Source: Bacilli bacterium (GTDB lineage Bacteria; Bacillota_I; Bacilli_A; RF39; UBA660). Taken from it: DNA of 64,000 nt. Each line of letters opens with the position of its first letter. Position 1 is the stretch's first letter. The stretch spans positions 2,741-66,740 of the forward strand of contig JAQUVS010000001.1 in the NCBI GenBank assembly GCA_028693275.1. Direction: 5' to 3'. Below, piece by piece: positions 41,817 through 50,999 of the stretch. A program made the position numbers and the translations under genes. The notes beneath the pieces are model-generated. The model did not search any database. It was not told the DNA's origin and worked only from the letters and a program-made list of their open reading frames with translations.

Positions 41817-42263
41817 TTATTGTTCTAATTCTAGTTCATCTTCATCTAATACTACTAAATCTTTTAGATCATTATCTGAATCATCAAAGTCATCTTCATC
41901 ATCTGTTGCTATTGAATCAAAATCATCATCATTTTCTTCAACTTCGTGTTCTGAGTCGTCTTTTATTTCATCAATTTCATCATCTTCATCATCAATCATT
42001 ATTATTGCTTTTTTAGAGTGATGTCTAATTCTTAAATCCCATGTTCCATCTTCCAAAAATAAAAATCTTTTATCGTTTGTAAGAGAAGCGTAGTAATCAC
42101 CTACTTTTTTATCAAAAGTTGAAGCAGGTAATTCTAGTAATTTAATAATTTTGTTAAATAAATCTACTGTATTTATTTTTCCTTTTTCTTCTAGAATATA
42201 ATATGTTATATCTTTATATGATAATAATTCTAAATCTTCTTTAGACATATCTTTTAATTTCAT
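41817..42263 (-). CDS. rpoE: RNA polymerase delta subunit
   Basis: HARE-HTH-like N-domain (LSYKDITYYILEEKGK...) plus long Asp/Glu-rich C-terminal tail. Confidence 0.7.
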   Translation of the reverse strand: MKLKDMSKEDLELLSYKDITYYILEEKGKINTVDLFNKIIKLLELPASTFDKKVGDYYASLTNDKRFLFLEDGTWDLRIRHHSKKAIIMIDDEDDEIDEIKDDSEHEVEENDDDFDSIATDDEDDFDDSDNDLKDLVVLDEDELELEQ

Positions 42264-42354
42264 AAAATCCTCCTAATAATTAGAGCTTTTTTTGGCCTAT
42301 TAAATTAGCCAATAAACTTATAACATGATTTTCTTATAAATGCAATATCTTTTA

Positions 42355-44106
42355 TTACATTTTTTCTGGAACTGGAAGAGCTAGTATATCAAGTAGCAGC
42401 ATTGTTGTTTGATAAACAACATTAGTAAGAACTATCCAAGATTTTTTTAGTTCTTCATCTTGTTCAGTAAGTATCTTATTTTCTGAATAAAATTTATTAT
42501 ATAGACTTACTAATTTATATATATATTCTGCTATATCATTTAGTGATTTTGAATTATATGAATTCTTTAAAACTAATGGTAAATTAAATAGTAAAATTAT
42601 TAATTCTCTATCTGTTTCGTTTTTTAATTTTTTTAATTCTTTTATATCTATTTGCGCTTCTTCTTTGTTTAAAAGAGATTTCATTCTTATTGATGAATAT
42701 AATAAATATGGACCTGTTTTACCTTCTAAATCAGCAAATTTACTTGGTTCGAATACATAATCTGTTGTTCTATATGGTAAAAAATCTGCATACTTTAAGG
42801 CTGATATTGCTATTTTTTCTGAAGTTTCTTCTACTTTGTCTTCGGAAACAATATTTGTATTTATTCTTGATGTTGTTTCTTCTTTTACTAGTTCTATTAA
42901 TTGTAAAAGGTTCATTACTCCGCCATCTCTTGTTTTAAATGGTTTACCATCAGACCCATTCATTGTACCGAAACCTATAAATTCTAAGTTTGTATTTTCG
43001 TTTACTATATTTGTTTTTTTAGATGCTCTAAATACCTGTTCAAAGTATAAACCTTGTCTTAAATCAGTTAAATACCAAAATTCATCCGGGTTAAATCTTT
43101 TAACTCTTGAATATAGAGTTGCTAATTCTCTTGTTGCATATAATGTTGCTCCGTTTGTTTTTATTACCACCAACGGAGGCATTGGACTATTATCTTCTTC
43201 TTTTCCAATATCTATTACTAATGCTCCATCGCTCTCATATAAGAATCCTTTATTTTTAAGATCTTCTATTAAACTAGGAATATAGGGATAGCAATCACTT
43301 TCACCTTCATATAGGTCAAAACTTGTATTTAACCTATTGTATATACTTTTTATATCTTCTATAGAAAGTTCTTTTATTTTTTTCCAAAGTTCTACATAAC
43401 CCCTATTACCTTCTTCTAAATCTTTTGTTATTGCAGTAACTTCCAGCATTATTTCTTCATTTTCTTTTGCCAAAATACTTGCTCTTGGGTATATTTTTTC
43501 TAGATCTTCTTTAGTTATTTCTAATTTTACTTCGCTAAAGTCTCCTTTATAATTTTCATCAAAATATGGCAGATTAGGGAACATTCTTTTTATTTCTGAA
43601 ATTACCATTCCTGATTGTCTTCCTATGTCTCCAAAATGAACATCTGAAATTACTTCATTTCCTAATACTTTTGCTAATCTTTTTAGAGCTTCACCTATAT
43701 TTGCTGATCTTAAATGTCCAACATGTAATGTCTTTGCGATATTTGCTCCACCATAATCTATAAATAGTTTTTTCGGAGGTAATTTATCAATGTTATTATT
43801 AATATCTTTTGCTATGTCTGCTAACGAATTTATTAAAAATTCCTCAGTAAATTTAATATTGATAAAACCTGGTCCAGCTATATTTATATTATTATAAATA
43901 CCTTCTTTTTCAAGTTCTATTACGATATCGTTTGCTATATCTCTAGGATTTTTACCATATTTTCTAGATAATTGCATTGCATCATTTATTTGATATTCGC
44001 CTAAATCTGGTCTTCCTGAAGGTTGAAGATTTATTTTATCTACTTCATAACCTGCTCTTTTAATACATTCGTTTATATTTTTTTCTATTTTATTAATTAT
44101 GCTCAT
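42355..44106 (-). CDS. argS: Arginine--tRNA ligase
   Basis: HVGHLRS class-I motif, anticodon-binding DALR domain. Start MSIINKIEK chosen over the longer track ORF, which overlaps the upstream gene. Confidence 0.88.
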   Translation of the reverse strand: MSIINKIEKNINECIKRAGYEVDKINLQPSGRPDLGEYQINDAMQLSRKYGKNPRDIANDIVIELEKEGIYNNINIAGPGFINIKFTEEFLINSLADIAKDINNNIDKLPPKKLFIDYGGANIAKTLHVGHLRSANIGEALKRLAKVLGNEVISDVHFGDIGRQSGMVISEIKRMFPNLPYFDENYKGDFSEVKLEITKEDLEKIYPRASILAKENEEIMLEVTAITKDLEEGNRGYVELWKKIKELSIEDIKSIYNRLNTSFDLYEGESDCYPYIPSLIEDLKNKGFLYESDGALVIDIGKEEDNSPMPPLVVIKTNGATLYATRELATLYSRVKRFNPDEFWYLTDLRQGLYFEQVFRASKKTNIVNENTNLEFIGFGTMNGSDGKPFKTRDGGVMNLLQLIELVKEETTSRINTNIVSEDKVEETSEKIAISALKYADFLPYRTTDYVFEPSKFADLEGKTGPYLLYSSIRMKSLLNKEEAQIDIKELKKLKNETDRELIILLFNLPLVLKNSYNSKSLNDIAEYIYKLVSLYNKFYSENKILTEQDEELKKSWIVLTNVVYQTTMLLLDILALPVPEKM

Positions 44107-44461
44107 TTTGCACCTCATATTCAATATGATATTCGAAATCATCGTTATCTATCATATATTTTATTACTATTTTATTTATAATATTATCTATTTTATTTGT
44201 TTTTAGGGGAATATTAACTGTAAGGTTACTTTCTTTTAATCTCATATTGCTTTTAACTTCTTCTCTAAAACATAAATCTATTTTATATTCATTATTTTCT
44301 CTGACTAATATATCTTTTTCCAAATCATAAATGTTTTTTGTTTGTTTATCTTCGTCATAATAAATAATTTTTTTATTTTCTTTCATATAACCTGTTGTTT
44401 CAAATAAACTATCTTTATTTTCTGATTGTTTAAGTAAAATTTTTAGATTTATTTTTACCAT
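44093..44461 (-). CDS. Small conserved protein upstream of argS (DUF1934/YwiB-like)
   Basis: About 122 aa. Position immediately 5' of argS, as ywiB is in Bacillus. Family assignment is from memory and was not searched. Confidence 0.4.
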   Translation of the reverse strand: MVKINLKILLKQSENKDSLFETTGYMKENKKIIYYDEDKQTKNIYDLEKDILVRENNEYKIDLCFREEVKSNMRLKESNLTVNIPLKTNKIDNIINKIVIKYMIDNDDFEYHIEYEVQNEHN

Positions 44462-44530
44462 ATACATATCTCCCCAAATTACTAAATTGAATTATAACAT
44501 ACTATAACATTTTTTCAAAGAAATTTATAT

Positions 44531-44555
44531 AGAAAAAAATAGACAGATGTCTATT
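44531..44555 (-). terminator. Rho-independent terminator after pduL-like gene
   Basis: AATAGACA-GA-TGTCTATT overlapping the TAG stop, followed by T7 on the minus strand. Confidence 0.5.
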
Positions 44556-45120
44556 TCTTTATTATAACTATTTCACCTATATCCCCATTACTTATTAAAT
44601 TGGCGTTTGCATCATCTGTATCTATATGCATTTCATAATAAGATTTTTCACTTACTTTTAATCTTACATTATTTATTATAGAACTTTTTTCTTTTCCTAT
44701 TTCTACCGAAACTGAATAATGATCAGTAAGACCCATTGATTCTTTTTCTTCTTTTGTTAAGTGGATATGTCTGTCTGCTATTATTGCGCAAGGCTTTGTT
44801 ATCTCTCCAAATTCACCTATTATTGTTACTACTTCTGCATTATCAAGGTCACCAGATTCTCTAACTGGTGGATTTATTCCTAATTGAAATGCATCTGTTT
44901 TAGAAATTTCTACTTGTGTATAATCTCTACATGGACCTAAAACTCTTATTCCTTTTATAATACTTTTTTCTGTTTTAACATCAACTTTTTTTGTTGATGC
45001 AAATTGTCCTGGTTGATTTATTGGCTTTAGTGTTTCCATACTTTCAATTTTAAATAATGTATATAAATCTTCTTTTGTTAGATGAACGTGTCTATTTGAT
45101 ATACCTATTGTTACTTTCAT
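44551..45120 (-). CDS. pduL: PduL/EutD-type phosphate acyltransferase
   Basis: Two internal repeats with the RH[VI]HL signature (ISNRHVHLTKED and IADRHIHLTKEE). 189 aa. Confidence 0.6.
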   Translation of the reverse strand: MKVTIGISNRHVHLTKEDLYTLFKIESMETLKPINQPGQFASTKKVDVKTEKSIIKGIRVLGPCRDYTQVEISKTDAFQLGINPPVRESGDLDNAEVVTIIGEFGEITKPCAIIADRHIHLTKEEKESMGLTDHYSVSVEIGKEKSSIINNVRLKVSEKSYYEMHIDTDDANANLISNGDIGEIVIIKK

Positions 45121-45236
45121 TTTATCACCCCATAATTATTATAGATATATAATAACACATTTTTATTGTTTTATTAATTTAAATTTATTTTTTAGTTTTT
45201 TTTTGTTATAATTATATTTAATAAAGAGGTGTTTAG

Positions 45237-45782
45237 ATGGAAATATTAATTATAGTATTAGTTTTACTTATTATTTCTTTTGTTTTTGTTATATTTGTTT
45301 TAAAGTATAATGATTATCAATTGAAATTAATAAAGATTGATGAAGCAGAGAATAATATAGATATACTACTAGAAAAGAAATTTGAATTATTTTCAAGAAG
45401 TGTATCAATTATAAAAAATGAGAAAAAGAAGTATGAAAAAGAAGATATTTTAATTAATATAAATAAAATTAAAAATATGAAATTAAATAATTTTGAATTT
45501 AACGAAGAACTAAAAAAGATCGAAAGAGAATTTTGTGAAATTTTAGATTTAGATAAAGAATTAATGAATAATAATTCTATAATTTCTATTAAAAATGATT
45601 TGATGGATATTGAAAATGATTTAATGGCAGCGATAAAGTTTTATAACGAGAATGTTACACTTTATAATTGTTTAGTTAAATATTTTCCTAGTAATCTTGT
45701 TGGATTTATATTTAAATATAAAACTAAATTATTTTATTCAGAGGAAAAAGAAGAATCTTTTGAGATATTAAAAAAGAAATAG
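45237..45782 (+). CDS. LemA-family membrane protein
   Basis: N-terminal TM, YN...ID core and C-terminal FYNENVTLYNCLVKYFPSNLVGFIF resembling the LemA consensus. TTATAAT -10 upstream. Confidence 0.6.
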   Translation: MEILIIVLVLLIISFVFVIFVLKYNDYQLKLIKIDEAENNIDILLEKKFELFSRSVSIIKNEKKKYEKEDILININKIKNMKLNNFEFNEELKKIEREFCEILDLDKELMNNNSIISIKNDLMDIENDLMAAIKFYNENVTLYNCLVKYFPSNLVGFIFKYKTKLFYSEEKEESFEILKKK

Positions 45783-46436
45783 TTACCATACTATTTCTTT
45801 TTTTGACTCTTCTTTTAATAATTTATTTGTTTTAGAAAATGGTTTGCTCCCAAAAAAGCCTCTATTTGCAGAAAGAGGAGATGGATGATTAGACTCGATA
45901 ATATGATGTTTATTTAAATCTATTATGCTTTTTTTAGATTTTGCATAATTTCCCCATAAAATAAAAATTATTCCTTCACAATTTGCACTTATTGTTTCAA
46001 TTACTTTGTTTGTAAAAATTTCCCATCCCTTATTTTGGTGTGAACCAGGATTTCCTTCTTGTACAGTTAAAACTGAGTTCAAAAGTAAAACACCTTGTTT
46101 TGATAAATACTCAAGATTCCCTGATTTTGGTATTTCTTTTCCTATGTCACAAGACATTTCTTTAAAGATATTTCTAAGTGACGGAGGAATTTTTACACCA
46201 TCTGAAACAGAAAATGCATAACCATTTGCTTGAAATGGTTGATGATATGGATCTTGTCCTATTATTACTACTTTTATTTTATCTAATGTTAAATTTTCTA
46301 ATGATTTAAAAATATTATCCTGTGATGGATATATGATTTTATTTTTATATTCATTTTCTATAAAATTCATTAAAATAATAAAATATTCTTTTTTTATTTC
46401 GTCTTGTAATAATTCAGACCAATATTTATTTAACAT
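45783..46436 (-). CDS. ung: Uracil-DNA glycosylase
   Basis: GQDPYH and HPSPLSA motifs. 217 aa. Confidence 0.9.
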   Translation of the reverse strand: MLNKYWSELLQDEIKKEYFIILMNFIENEYKNKIIYPSQDNIFKSLENLTLDKIKVVIIGQDPYHQPFQANGYAFSVSDGVKIPPSLRNIFKEMSCDIGKEIPKSGNLEYLSKQGVLLLNSVLTVQEGNPGSHQNKGWEIFTNKVIETISANCEGIIFILWGNYAKSKKSIIDLNKHHIIESNHPSPLSANRGFFGSKPFSKTNKLLKEESKKEIVW

Positions 46437-46460
46437 ATTTTCTCCTATATAAAAAAGATA

Positions 46461-46916
46461 TTATTTATGATATCTTTCATTATTTATTATTTTAAAACTT
46501 CTATATATTTGCTCTAATAACAGAATTCTAAATAATTGATGGGGAAAAGTCATTTTTGAAAAAGATAATTTAAAATTAGATTTTATTTTTATTTCTTCTG
46601 ATAACCCATGTGATCCTCCTATAACAAAAACTATATTGCTATTTTCAATCAATGTATTATTTATTTTTTCTGATAATTGTTCTGAAGTTAAATTTTTTCC
46701 TTCTATCTCTAACGTTATAATGTAATCTTTTTCTTTTATTAGTTTTTTTATTTTTTCCGCTTCATTTTTTAAAGCAATTTTAGAATCATCAATTTTTTCA
46801 TCTTCTACTTCTATTATTTCTAAGTTTGTATATTTTGATAATCTTTTTTTGTATTCATATATTGCTTCTTTAAAAAATGTTTCTTTGACTTTTCCTACAC
46901 ATATTATTTTTATCAT
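46461..46916 (-). CDS. rlmH: 23S rRNA (pseudouridine1915-N3)-methyltransferase
   Basis: SPOUT fold, about 150 aa, IGGSHGLSEE motif. Confidence 0.8.
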   Translation of the reverse strand: MIKIICVGKVKETFFKEAIYEYKKRLSKYTNLEIIEVEDEKIDDSKIALKNEAEKIKKLIKEKDYIITLEIEGKNLTSEQLSEKINNTLIENSNIVFVIGGSHGLSEEIKIKSNFKLSFSKMTFPHQLFRILLLEQIYRSFKIINNERYHK

Positions 46917-47672
46917 TTAAACCTCTATAAATTCTGTTGCTTCATCTTGTTCTGCAATCAATAATTCTATTTCAAATTCACTTTCTCTAATGGCCTTTTC
47001 TGCTGTTTCTAGCGCTAATTCTTTTGTATTATTTTTTTCACTTATATGAGCTAAAATTATATTTTTTGTGTTTTTACCCATTATTTTTTGTAAATATCTT
47101 GCTGTTGTTTTGTTGGACAAATGGCCTGTATCACCTATTACCCTTTGTTTTAAATAATAGGGATATGGACCATTCATTAACATTTTTTCATCATGATTAC
47201 TTTCTATATAATACATTGTTTTATCGACTATCTTTTCTAGTATTTTTTTATTTATATATCCAGTATCTGTTATAAATACAAGTGAAGATTCTTCTTCTTC
47301 TAAAAGATACCCTACAGAATAATTAACATCATGAGATGTAGGTAATAGTTTAACTTTTAAACTTCCAAATACTGTTTCACTTTCAATTATTTCTATCCAT
47401 TCTTCTTCTATATACTCTGAAACTTCTTTTTTCATATCCTTTGGAACAAATACTTTCTTTTTAACTTTTTTTACTAGTTGTTTTAATCCTTTTATATGGT
47501 CACTATGGCAGTGACTAATTAAGATACCAGTTAAATTTTCTAGTTGCTTATGCTCTAATTCTTTTTCTATTCTTTGATAATTTATTCCTACATCAATTAT
47601 AAAAGAATAATCATTACCTTCTATATATCCGCAATTACCCTTTGATCCACTTGCTATACTTTTAAATCTCAT
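46917..47672 (-). CDS. MBL-fold metallo-hydrolase, WalJ/YycJ-like
   Basis: HCHSDH motif. Start MRFKSIASGSKGN aligns with the YycJ N-terminus. ATG overlaps the upstream M23 gene stop (TAATG). Followed by rlmH, as yycJ is followed by yydA in B. subtilis. Confidence 0.65.
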   Translation of the reverse strand: MRFKSIASGSKGNCGYIEGNDYSFIIDVGINYQRIEKELEHKQLENLTGILISHCHSDHIKGLKQLVKKVKKKVFVPKDMKKEVSEYIEEEWIEIIESETVFGSLKVKLLPTSHDVNYSVGYLLEEEESSLVFITDTGYINKKILEKIVDKTMYYIESNHDEKMLMNGPYPYYLKQRVIGDTGHLSNKTTARYLQKIMGKNTKNIILAHISEKNNTKELALETAEKAIRESEFEIELLIAEQDEATEFIEV

Positions 47673-49186
47673 TAAAACAAACTCCATGGTGAAAGAACTC
47701 TAGTACCAGAAGCATAAGGTCTACCATTATATACGCCAAAATGTAAATGAACACCTGTTGCTAAACCGGTTTTTCCCATAAGACCAATTACTTGTCCTGC
47801 TTTTACTTGTGCACCTACAGCGACATATCTTTTAGATAAATGGGCATATATTGTATAGTAATTATTACTATGTTTAATAAGCACATAATTTCCATTAGGC
47901 CATATTTGCTCAGAGGCAACTACTGCACCATTATTTGCTGCATATATTGGAGAACCTAATTGCCCCCCTATATCTACTGCTTCATGTAGTTTGTGCCCTC
48001 TCCATCCAAAATCACTTGATATATTAGCTCCATATGGAGTCGTAACTGGCCATCTCCAAGTTGGGTTTATAGTTTCATAAACATCTATGTTTGTAATTCC
48101 TCCGCCTGAAGAATATTGTTTTGTACCTTTAACAATTATTTTATCAACAGATTCTACTAATACTTCTGTTTCTATTGGTATATATTCTTTTGGCTCTCCA
48201 TTTATATATTTTATTTTTTGAGTAACTACGTTTTCACCTTGTTGACCTTCTTGTTTTACTTCTTCAAAATCAGTATATTTTGTATCATCATATTCATATT
48301 TTGTACCAACAGCAACATATTGTTTTTCAACAACGTGATCTTCTTCGATAACACTTATAACTGGATTAATTGCTCCTAAAGTTACTTGTTGCCCAGGAAA
48401 AAGTAAGTCATTAGCTGAAGTGAATTCTGGATTAGCTATTAAAAATTCCTCATTTGATATTTTATTATTAAACGCAACATCTTCAATAGTATCTCCTAAT
48501 TGTATTGTATATTTTGTTTGATCATCGGTTGTTCCAAAAAGGATATATTTACTTAATTCACTCTCATCTAGAAATATTTTTTCATTAGCTGGTATATTTT
48601 CTTTAGTGACTTTTATATTATTTTGTACATATATATCTTCAACTAATTGACCGTAGTCTGTTATTTTTTCTTGTTTTTTTGAGATAAATTTCTCATATTT
48701 TTCTTCATCTACAAATGCAAACATGGTATTTTTTACAGAATTAGTAAAAATTTCTTTATCTAAAACATAAATTACTTTGTCATCTTCTTTTTTTGTTCCT
48801 TCTTCTGTAACTGTATCAATTCCTCCAATAACTATTTTATATCCCTCAATTGTAAAATTATTATCTTTTTCTATTTTTTTATAGATGTCTTTTATTGAAG
48901 AAATTTTCTCGTTATAAGTAATTTCTTTTTCAATCGAAAGTCCCATTGGAGCATATACATCTTTTACTTTATATTTATTTTTTATTTGTTGTTGCTTTTC
49001 ACTTATATATTTTTCTAAGTTTTCTTTGGATTTAATCAAACCTATTGATTTTCCATTTAAATAAACTCTATAGTTTATCGATGGATTATTACTTTTTGCT
49101 ATTGCTTCCTCTTTACTTATATATACTGTTAAAATAGTGCATAGAAAAAAAGAAAAAACTGTTAAAAAAAGTATTTTTTTACTCAT
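47672..49186 (-). CDS. Membrane-anchored M23 peptidase (LysM-like segment + C-terminal M23)
   Basis: N-terminal TM. C-terminal HEAVDIGG...HLHFGV M23 motifs. Confidence 0.6.
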   Translation of the reverse strand: MSKKILFLTVFSFFLCTILTVYISKEEAIAKSNNPSINYRVYLNGKSIGLIKSKENLEKYISEKQQQIKNKYKVKDVYAPMGLSIEKEITYNEKISSIKDIYKKIEKDNNFTIEGYKIVIGGIDTVTEEGTKKEDDKVIYVLDKEIFTNSVKNTMFAFVDEEKYEKFISKKQEKITDYGQLVEDIYVQNNIKVTKENIPANEKIFLDESELSKYILFGTTDDQTKYTIQLGDTIEDVAFNNKISNEEFLIANPEFTSANDLLFPGQQVTLGAINPVISVIEEDHVVEKQYVAVGTKYEYDDTKYTDFEEVKQEGQQGENVVTQKIKYINGEPKEYIPIETEVLVESVDKIIVKGTKQYSSGGGITNIDVYETINPTWRWPVTTPYGANISSDFGWRGHKLHEAVDIGGQLGSPIYAANNGAVVASEQIWPNGNYVLIKHSNNYYTIYAHLSKRYVAVGAQVKAGQVIGLMGKTGLATGVHLHFGVYNGRPYASGTRVLSPWSLF

Positions 49187-50534
49187 TTTGTGCCTCTCTT
49201 TCATCTTTTCTTAAACTTAGAAATGTGCTTGTATTTTTTTTAAATAATAATTCAATAGTTGCAGTTGGACCACTTCTGTGTTTTCCAATTATTAATTCGC
49301 TTATACTTGCGTCGTCTTCCCTTCTTACTTCCTTATTATAATAATCATCTCTATATAAGAATGCTACTATATCTGCATCTTGTTCTATAGATCCAGATTC
49401 TCTTAAGTCACTCATTAAAGGTCTTTTATCTTCTCTTGTTTCTACTGCTCTTGATAATTGTGATAAAGCTATTACAGGGATTTTTAATTCCATAGCCATT
49501 GTTTTCAATGCTCTAGAAATATCTGAAACTTCTTGTTGTCTATTTGAACCATAACCTTTTCCGCCTGATATAAGTTGTAAATAATCTATAATTACTAAAC
49601 TTAGTCCATTTTCACTAGAAGCTAATCTACGACATTTTGATCTTATTTCTCCTATTGTTATACCTGGAGTATCATTTATAAAAATTTTAGCATCTGATAA
49701 TTGGCTTATTGCTTCATTAATTCTTTTCCAATCATTATTCATCAAATTCCCTGATTTTAGTTTATTTCCTTCTATTTGCCCTAAAGAAGAAAGCATACGA
49801 TTTGCAAGTTGTTCTGCACCCATTTCTAAGTTAAATAAAGCTACTGTTTTCTTCGAATTCATTGCTATATTAGTTGCTAGATTAACTGCAAAAGCGGTTT
49901 TACCCATAGCTGGTCTTGCTGCTACTATTATAAATTCATTTTCATGTAATCCTGATGTTAATTTATCAAAATCATACCATCCTGTAGCTAGCCCTGTTAT
50001 TTTTCCTTTGTTTTCTGATAATTTTTCTAAGTCTTGTTGTGTTTTATGAAGAACATCTTGTAAATTTAGAAATTCGCTACTTCTTTTGTTTTTAACTATA
50101 TTTAAAATTTTTCTTTCAGCATCGTCTAATATATCTTCAACAGGATCATCATTTACATAACTTGTAGAAGCTATAGCTGTGCTGGTTTCAATCAAATTTC
50201 TTAAGAGGGCGCTATCTTCAACTATTTTTATATAGTAATCTATATTTGATGCCGTTGGTACGCAATTTAATACCTCTGTTAAATATTCTACTCCACCAAT
50301 TTCAACTAATATATTTTTTTGTTTTAATTCATTAGTAATAGTAGTCAAATCAACTGGAATCTTTTTATCCAACATGTTTTTCATAACTTCAAATATTTTT
50401 CCGTTATTTGTATTATAAAAAGAATCTCTTGTTAATGTTTCACATGCTTTTTCAAGAGCGTATTTTGTCAAAAACATGGATCCAAGAACTGATTGTTCTG
50501 CTTCTATATTATTTGGTAACGTTTTAAGTGTCAT
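49179..50534 (-). CDS. dnaB: Replicative DNA helicase
   Basis: Walker A GARPAMGKTAFA and RecA-like C-domain. 451 aa. Confidence 0.93.
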   Translation of the reverse strand: MTLKTLPNNIEAEQSVLGSMFLTKYALEKACETLTRDSFYNTNNGKIFEVMKNMLDKKIPVDLTTITNELKQKNILVEIGGVEYLTEVLNCVPTASNIDYYIKIVEDSALLRNLIETSTAIASTSYVNDDPVEDILDDAERKILNIVKNKRSSEFLNLQDVLHKTQQDLEKLSENKGKITGLATGWYDFDKLTSGLHENEFIIVAARPAMGKTAFAVNLATNIAMNSKKTVALFNLEMGAEQLANRMLSSLGQIEGNKLKSGNLMNNDWKRINEAISQLSDAKIFINDTPGITIGEIRSKCRRLASSENGLSLVIIDYLQLISGGKGYGSNRQQEVSDISRALKTMAMELKIPVIALSQLSRAVETREDKRPLMSDLRESGSIEQDADIVAFLYRDDYYNKEVRREDDASISELIIGKHRSGPTATIELLFKKNTSTFLSLRKDEREAQNE

Positions 50535-50547
50535 ATTAGCACCTCTC

Positions 50548-50988
50548 TTATTTTCTTAAATTTACTTTTATTATTGCTTTGATGTCTTTATATAATTCTA
50601 TTTCAACATTATGCATTCCTAATGAATTTAATTCATTTATTAATTTTATTTGTTTTTTATCTATTTTATATCCTTGATTTTCTAGTTCTTTATGTATTTG
50701 TTTTTGACTAACACTTCCAAAAACTCTATCAGTTGCTCCTGTTTTAACAACAAATTGTAAAATAAGTTTTTCTAAATCTTTTTTACTATTTTCTGCATCC
50801 AATACTTTTTGCTTGTGTATTTCTAGTTCTTCTTTTTTTTCTAAAATAAAATTATCCATGTTTTTTTCTGTTACTTTTACTGCATATCCTTTTTTTATTA
50901 GAAAATTTTCTGCATATCCGTCTTTTACTTCTAATATTTCACCTTTTTTTGCTACTTTTTTTAAATCTTTCTTAAATAAAACTTTCAT
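50548..50988 (-). CDS. rplI: 50S ribosomal protein L9
   Basis: MKVLFKKDLKKVAKKGEILEVKDGYAENFL. Confidence 0.88.
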   Translation of the reverse strand: MKVLFKKDLKKVAKKGEILEVKDGYAENFLIKKGYAVKVTEKNMDNFILEKKEELEIHKQKVLDAENSKKDLEKLILQFVVKTGATDRVFGSVSQKQIHKELENQGYKIDKKQIKLINELNSLGMHNVEIELYKDIKAIIKVNLRK

Positions 50989-50999
50989 TAAATCACTCC

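Noticed and set aside
41537-42016. 159-aa Leu/His-rich plus-strand ORF spanning the prfA start and rpoE C-terminus
   Set aside because: It is the antisense shadow of the GAA/GAT-rich acidic coding sequence and is low-complexity. It fully overlaps two well-supported genes.
42355-44142. Longer argS start (MISNIILNMRCKM...) overlapping the upstream small ORF by 50 nt
   Set aside because: The internal start MSIINKIEK gives a normal-length ArgRS and removes the overlap. The long form is probably an ORF-caller artefact.
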